Assembly (NCBI GenBank): GCA_964016885.1
Contig: OZ024755.1
Span: 8,246,001-8,310,000, forward strand
Source of the DNA: Eledone cirrhosa
Taxonomy: Eukaryota
Length of the DNA: 64,000 nt
Direction of reading: 5' to 3'
Made by a program: the position numbers and the translations under genes. Of this stretch, positions 55,451-64,000 are shown one piece after another (the first letter of the stretch is position 1; every line of letters starts with the position of its first letter). The notes under the pieces were generated by a model, which worked only from the letters and a program-made list of their open reading frames with translations, was not told where the DNA came from and made no database searches.

Positions 55451-55975
55451 ATTATATCTCCAAGTAAAAATGATACAAGAATAACACCATCATTGTACAT
55501 CCTTGACAATTTGGCCCGAAGAACAAAATAAAAAATACGTCAAGATCTAATTGAATAGAATGAGAAAATACCAAATCTGTTTATAGTAATTTAATATTAA
55601 ATTATCTCAAGGCGTTGAATTGCGAGAATCAGCTGAGCGTCATTGAACATAGCGAATGGCATTTCGGTAGGCCCGATTGAATTCTCTGTGAAAACACAAA
55701 TGAGATCAAATGTGGTGTTTATCTTACCGGGTCGGTGTTATAATGTACCAGTTATATATTTCAGTTGATATAGTTGATTATATAAAATAAATGTAACTTG
55801 ATCACTATGGTATGATTCAATATATATAAAGAAATAATTAACAGATATATACAGGTCTTGTTATATTTAAATGTATATAAAAATATAGCCTTATCACCTA
55901 TACAAATTAATATTTAAAACATGTACGTTACACACTGGTGTCAATATAACTGACTATACACACACACGCACGCAC

Positions 55976-55976
<1 letters not shown>

Positions 55977-56006
<30 letters not shown>

Positions 56007-56075
56007 TGTATGTATGTATGTATGTATGTATGTATGTATGTATGTATGTATGTATGTATGTATGTATGTATGTAT
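55977..56075. repeat. (TATG)n microsatellite
   Basis: Directly visible. Confidence 0.97.
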
Positions 56076-56133
56076 ATATGTATATTCTGTATCTATGTAT
56101 ATGATATATATAGATATATTGTAACTATGTATA

Positions 56134-56175
<42 letters not shown>

Positions 56176-58126
56176 CTGTATCTCTATGGTACAAATCAAT
56201 ATTAAATTATACAAAGCATGCTAATGAGTATTCAACTAGGCGGATAATGATGGATGCTGACTGTTTTACTCTGAAGGGATGTATCCAATGGATAATCACA
56301 AGGCAGCCGTGTCGATCATTGGTGTGATATCACAGAGAAACGAAGGCGATCGATCGTTCGGAATGTGTAGTAAAATGGCGTTGTAAAGGAAGGTATGGAT
56401 TTGTAAAACGTAAAATGTAAATCCAATGCAACCAAGCTCATTTGTTCTATCAGTATGATTTGCCCAATAAATTGGTTACCTCGGGGTATAAAGAAACAGC
56501 AAAAATCAGATCAATGCAGTTATCAAGGTGAAATCGGGATTTTGTTGCTTGTTTATTGCGTTATGGCTGTATTTATCTTCAAGTGTTCTGAATGAAAGCA
56601 AAGTAGGCTGTTGATACAAGTCATTAACACATGTAACCATCACGTCTTCGTTGCAAGGAAATAATTCTAGCGTCGTTACAGAAGTGATTATACGAAGCAT
56701 TTTTTTTTCTTTAAAAGATTTTAGGCAACGAATGGTAAAGATACGTTTTAATGAGTAGTTGGCTAACTTGCTCTTGCATATATACTATTCATGCGTAAAA
56801 GATGTCATCACTAGAGTATCTATTCCAGTTCATTTACGAACAACAATCAGAGGAGTAGACTCATCATCAAATGTGCAATGTAATTGGACCTATGAGGTCA
56901 AAGGTTTGTCTTAGCAAATATTTTAAGCTAAACTCGCAAAAGTTTTCGAACCAATGATATGGTGTTTAAATATTTATTATACAATTGCACAAGTACAAGT
57001 ACATGAGACTAAGCAAACCTGGCGGATCATTAGGATACTACAAATAGTTGATTAACTCCTTACATTCATTGTCTTATTGCTTTTCAAGCAAACAAACAAC
57101 TAAACAAAAATAACAAAAATCAAGCCATATAAATTCTTAGCACAAAAAGTTACGCAAACTCACGCACACGCGAGCTCACACACACACTTTTAAATTATCC
57201 CTATAAATTAGTTGAGGATAAATCGGGCATATATATATATCCGCTTTCATAGACATCAGTAACTTTAAATATTCCTATTATTTTCAGACTTTTATCCCGC
57301 TACACGATTTCTGTAGAGAGAGAGAGCACCACATTGCTAGCAGTTCTATTGAAGTGGGTTAGATGAAGATGAAAATATAATTGTACGGTTTTGTTAGGTT
57401 AACATTATATCAATCGAACTAGGTAATCAGGTTATTGATGATCATTCCAGAAATTTACTTCTTACAGTATCTAAACATTTCTCTTATACTGACTTCAATC
57501 ATTAGCCTGTGGCCATGCTGGGTCACATACTTGGAATATGGTTGACAGTCAGATATAAAGTTACATTTTATTGAATATAGCAGGGTTAATAATTATGCAT
57601 AAATTGATATTTTCAAGTTAACTTGATACTGCCAACCAAACAAATTAATTTAAACTGAAATAATTTTATCGCTGTGAAATTCCCCTGATACGCTACAAAA
57701 GTGTAAAATACCCCCCCTCTCTCTATCTAACTCTCTCTTATATATACACGAGATTCTTCTAAGCCAATGGCTTATAATTTCACACCAGAACTTTCTATCT
57801 ATCTATCTATCTATCTAGCTTCACTACGCTATGGTTTAGAATGTAGAACACCCTGAAGATCACCCTACATAAGTTGAACTTGCACTTTTAAACCATCTCC
57901 CACACACTCCACCCGGATAACACCTTCATAATTCTGTCCGCCAGAATCATAAATTAACAACGATTATATAGAAGCTATTAAACCATCACCGCACATACCC
58001 ACATAGACAAATACACATTCTGTCCCGGGGAGAGAGAAAAGCGAAGATTTTCTACTATAAATACTTAGAATGATTGAGACATTGTGCTATATTAAACCTG
58101 CCTAACTCTACATTAATAAATCACAA

Positions 58127-58420
58127 AGGCGTGGATGATTGGTTAAGATATTAGCATCAAAATAATTTCGTTTCGTATTCGTTTTCTCTACTTTTTAACC
58201 CGCCCTCGGATTGTACAAAGCTTGGGAATAACACTAGGAAAACGGAAATTGTAGAGAAGCCTGCCTATTAGATTGTACCTTTATTTTAAAGGTACAGCTT
58301 TAGCACACATCGTTACGCTAATGCTGCTCAAGAATTATGCTGCGTACGTGTATCTGTAGCATATGCAGATTTAGAAGTCTCACCATATAAGTGTAGGGTC
58401 CATCATATAAGATATCTTAA
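58127..58420 (+). mobile_element. Highly degenerate SINE, family C-like
   Basis: AGGCGTGGATGATTGGTTAAGA head and ACGGAAATTGTAGAGAAGCC segment; 3' part similar to 1500-1680. Confidence 0.4.
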
Positions 58421-58609
58421 GTGCTTAAAAACAATAAACACGTATTTAACCTACAAATTCTCTGCCGAAATGATGAGAAGTATGTATGACATACACCTTT
58501 GCATCATTTACAGCTTGATATACTATATATGTCAAGAAATGTACTTATGGAGTAGTGATATATATGTAAATACACTCACACATGCACTCGTTCTCTCTCT
58601 CTCTCTCTC

Positions 58610-59413
<804 letters not shown>

Positions 59414-60118
59414 ATTTCTTTAGTTCAGTATTAGTGTTTACATAGCGAAGAAACAGATGATTCGATTATCGACAGAGCTTGACTAGAGACCGTATTGCAA
59501 CGTAGATAAGAACATTCGTAAGCAAATAAACGCAAATAAATGTTATGCTAAGCGAAATAACCTATTGGTATTGAAGATTTACGATGAGCCAGGTGATAGT
59601 AAATCACAAGTATTATATTTATTCATGACAAATTTGCGGTTAAATGTTGGCCTTGCTATAAGGACAACCATGTATATGCATAGTTTATGGTGAAAACTGA
59701 TATTTCCCTTGCTACTTCCTATGTATTGCGAGTCTCCTCAGATTTCTCTTATATATATTTTTTCCCTGTCTCTATATGATTTCCATTTCCCTACATTCAG
59801 AGGCAATTTATCCAATAAAGCATATGCTGTGGTAATACGATATATAATCACTAACGTTTTAGAAATAGAAATATGCGAAGCAGACGAATTATTATTTATT
59901 TTATTATCGCAGAAACTATTAGTATTTCTGATAGCACAATTGTTAACATCGGACAAAACCTGTTTTTCAGGTTTCGATTTCAAACCCACCGCGATTTACT
60001 TTGCTTTTCATCACTCTCAGTTTGATGAAATAAAATCCATTCATATACTCAGGTAGATTTAATCCACCCCACTTAAATCGCTAGTATTGCGTCTAAATTT
60101 CAACTTTCATTATTGATT

Positions 60119-60305
60119 AAGGTGGATTGGCAGTATCGGTAGAGGGTCGGACGCCATGCTTTCCAGCATAGTTACGTCCCTTAACGATCTGAGTTCAAAT
60201 CCCGCCGAGGTTAACTTTGCCTTTCATCCTTACGGGGTCGATAAAATAAAGTACCAGTAATGTACTGAGTAATTGCTGGCCCTGTGCCTAAAGTAGAAAC
60301 AATTA
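60119..60305 (+). mobile_element. SINE family A, full length, directly after an older diverged copy (~59870-60112)
   Basis: GGTGGATTGGCAGTATCGGTAGAGGGTCGGACGCC...GAGTTCAAATCCCGCCGAGG...GCCTTTCATCCTTACGGGGTCGATAAAATAAAGTACCAGT...GTAGAAACAATTATT. Confidence 0.93.
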
Positions 60306-60320
60306 TTTTATTATTAGTAA

Positions 60321-60528
60321 TAGTAGTAGTGGTGGCGGTGGTAGTAGTGGTGGCGGTGGTAGTAGTGGTGGCGGTGGTAGTAGTGGTGGCGGTGGTAGTA
60401 GTGGTGGAGGTGGTAGTAGTGGTGGCGGTGTTAGTAGTGGTGGAGGTGGTAGTAGTGGTGGAGGTGGTAGTAGTGGTGGCGGTGGTAGTAGTGGTGGAGG
60501 TGGTAGTAGTGGTGTTGGTGGTATTAGT
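60321..60528. repeat. 18-bp minisatellite (GTAGTAGTGGTGGMGGTG)n
   Basis: About 11 units; gives the spurious PPPPLL and VVVVA ORFs. Confidence 0.96.
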
Positions 60529-60885
60529 TTAAGCAGCAATGCTCGTGTTGAAGACAGAATACGATATATATTATTATAGCTGAACATCAATTCAACGATC
60601 TTACTGTATATATAGAAATACCAGAATCTCTATTAATGTTCATTCCAGGTAATATTATAGAGGATATAAGATTTAAAATACATATTGTGTATCTTATGTT
60701 ACTTAAGATATATAACAACATATACATAGGAAATATTTCACTATTTCTAATCATGGTAAATGTTAGTTTAGTATTACTTCTTTCCTTTGACAACGTTATA
60801 ATTAATTACATTGAAAAATCCGTATTATTTGAATTGTAATTCATCCTTATAAAACGCACACATTCAGACACACACACACACACGA

Positions 60886-60931
<46 letters not shown>

Positions 60932-61080
60932 ATGTGTGTATGTGTATGTGTGTATGTGGGTGAGTACTACCCTGATTTGTGGTCTCTCTCTGTTCTCGGC
61001 ATCGCACACTTTATATCATATTCACTTTTCATTAGTGTACCATACGATCACTTCAATATTTTAAAATATTTTCAATATAA

Positions 61081-61130
<50 letters not shown>

Positions 61131-62553
61131 TGAAAAATATGTAAGATACAGGTGGGTGTATATATGAATATATAGAAACAATACATCTTAGTTGTGATCC
61201 TACAATAAGTAACTCGCTTTCCAAACACGAGATTCTGAGTTCTAACCCTCCCTACATTTGTCGCTGGAATTAATAATTTCTACATAGGTACTCATGCTTT
61301 TGATCCTGTATGTATTTTGTTCATAAATGCTGAAAGTTTTTATATTTATATCCTAGAAATAAAATAATTGAATATCAATCATATTTGTATTTGCATCTTC
61401 GTGTCAGAAATCAACATAAATTATATGGTTTTCTTATGCAAACTCTTAATCAATCATAACGCAAACTTCCCAGTTTGTATGAATGTTATAACAAGTAATC
61501 CTACCAGTTTTTGCTTCCAAAATTTAAATATGTTTACTTTTATTGTCATAATAGACAGTACGGGTCCACTTGTCTATATTTATTTAAGCTATAGTCTTCT
61601 AAATGACACATTAGTTTACAGTAGGAATACTATACCTGTGTAGAAACGGCAATAACCCTTCGGTGGAAGTCTGAAAGAAATCGAAATGTTATGCCTGTTT
61701 CACTTCGTTTGTTTTCCTACGTGCATTTTCGTATTTACATTTGTCTTATTCTTGTGAAATTCTAGTCATAGAGGTATATTTAGTGAACGCATCACAGAAT
61801 CGGCTTGTTAAAATAATGTTGGCACAGAGCGAAGTTACCATATACCTTTAAGGTAGATTCGGACAAGGTGAATATATTTATATTACGTTTGAAAAATGAT
61901 AGTGATAGGCTGTTTAAGAATACAGATCAATATCGATATTTTCTATAACAGTGAAATGAACTGCAGATATAATATACATATACATCTATTCTCATCTTCA
62001 TATTTCTGTTAAAGAATATTGAATATTCTCGCAACACTACTTAAAATAGACATAATTTTCTTATTCATTGGAGCAGAAAAGATTCCAATTCTTCACGATG
62101 TGTAGTCAAAATCTGGAAAAACATGACTACATCGTTTGTTATAATCCCAGTTAATTTTACACTACACAGAAAACAGAAAACTGTAACGACGTCGTATAGA
62201 ATGGATTTTACATGAGTGCTATTTCTATTGAACCTAGCATGGATTAACGGTGAAAATCGAAAGAAATTTCTAATGCACCGTTGCTTTTAAATACTATATA
62301 TTACGTTTCACTGTGCTTCTCCTCTTAACAGTAAAATAGAATGAAAATATTCAATGGTGGTAGTTGAATTATATGGACAGTAAAGAGGATTTAATTATCC
62401 TTCCTGGATATTTTCTAAATAAGATACAACTAACTCGCTATCAAAACCAATCAATATTTTCGCCATAAAACTCATTCAATTCAAAACATTTCACGTATGT
62501 TTCTACAGATATATTCCTGCATCGCTTAAATACACATATCTCTTACCTACATA

Positions 62554-62574
62554 TGTATATATATATAAATTGTG

Positions 62575-62605
<31 letters not shown>

Positions 62606-62635
62606 GTTATATATATATATATATATATATAGTGT

Positions 62636-62667
<32 letters not shown>

Positions 62668-62697
62668 GTTATATATATATATATATATATATAGTGT

Positions 62698-62729
<32 letters not shown>

Positions 62730-62730
62730 G

Positions 62731-62761
<31 letters not shown>

Positions 62762-62790
62762 GTTATATATATATATATATATATATAGTG

Positions 62791-62868
<78 letters not shown>

Positions 62869-62897
62869 TTATATATATATATATATATATATAGTGT

Positions 62898-62928
<31 letters not shown>

Positions 62929-62952
62929 TTATATATATATATATATATAGTG

Positions 62953-63001
<49 letters not shown>

Positions 63002-63002
63002 G

Positions 63003-63033
<31 letters not shown>

Positions 63034-63089
63034 GTTATATATATATATATAGTGTAATATATATATATATGTATATATATATATGTATA

Positions 63090-63169
<80 letters not shown>

Positions 63170-63172
63170 CAT
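62554..63172. repeat. (TA)n tract punctuated by TTGTGTT/AGTGTT
   Basis: Directly visible; about 17 interruptions between 62570 and 63056. Confidence 0.96.
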
Positions 63173-63242
63173 ATGGATGTAGAAGTGTACATGTGTGCAT
63201 GTCAGCGGAATTAATTAACTGTGTGGGTACGCATGAACATGA

Positions 63243-63285
<43 letters not shown>

Positions 63286-63846
63286 CCTCCCAAAGTATAA
63301 CAATATATATATATATATATATATATACAAGTTGTCCCAAAATATGTATACACATTATTATCAAAATGCTGTTGAAGTGTATATACATTTTTGAGGGACA
63401 TCATGTATACACATACACACACTCACACAATCCTACTTATGTGTGTGTGTTCAGAAAGATGTCATGTTTAAGACTAAGGTAATGTCTTAATCATTATTCA
63501 ATCCAAAAGACTTATAGATATTCTAAGGATTCTACCATACAGTTAAGCTTCTATTGTTTCGAATCGGTGTGTGTATATGTATCTATATGTAATATGTATG
63601 TATAATATACGTTTCTTTATATATGGCTGGCTATATACACACGTACTATCCTTCTGTAAATGTTATTTTTCCGTTTCTTCGTCTATCGTTCTATTTCTTT
63701 TATCTCTCATTCTAACTTCTTACGAAACATACTTTTCCTACAATGTCAAGCATTAAATTAATATATATCTTCATTGTAATCTATCATTTACCTGTGTTAT
63801 TTTTTCGTTTGATATTTGCATACATATATGTGTGCGCGCACACATG

Positions 63847-63885
<39 letters not shown>

Positions 63886-63917
63886 TATATATATATATAA
63901 TATATATTATATATATA

Positions 63918-63982
<65 letters not shown>

Positions 63983-64000
63983 TATATATATATTATATAT

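Noticed and set aside
60284-60590. Pro/Leu-rich and Val-rich ORFs
   Set aside because: Translation of the 18-bp minisatellite.

Overview
This is AT-rich eukaryotic non-coding DNA, either intergenic or a large intron. The very dense (TA)n/(TACA)n/(CA)n microsatellites and the SINE families resemble coleoid cephalopod (Octopus-like) DNA; that is an inference from pattern recognition, not a database result. I cannot support any host protein-coding gene: almost all long ORFs in the track are microsatellite translations. The window holds more than 20 copies of three tRNA-derived SINE families, several with target-site duplications. It also holds decayed RTE-clade LINE pieces (endonuclease at ~53.7 kb, post-RT region at ~34.8 kb), a decayed Hero-like restriction-endonuclease LINE 3' end (~55.3 kb), a 195-bp MITE with an 8-bp TSD, several minisatellites and fold-back Penelope-like fragments embedded in (TA)n tracts. 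The most interesting object is a ~600-bp non-autonomous retroelement present as two full copies and two rearranged pieces (41.1-46.9 kb). It appears to be an RTE 5' region joined to an RTE 3' end. Every piece sits inside a (TA)n tract, and the element has a structured 5' end, a 3' stem-loop and a 35-codon C2H2 zinc-finger ORF intact in both full copies. Coordinates of diverged repeats are approximate.
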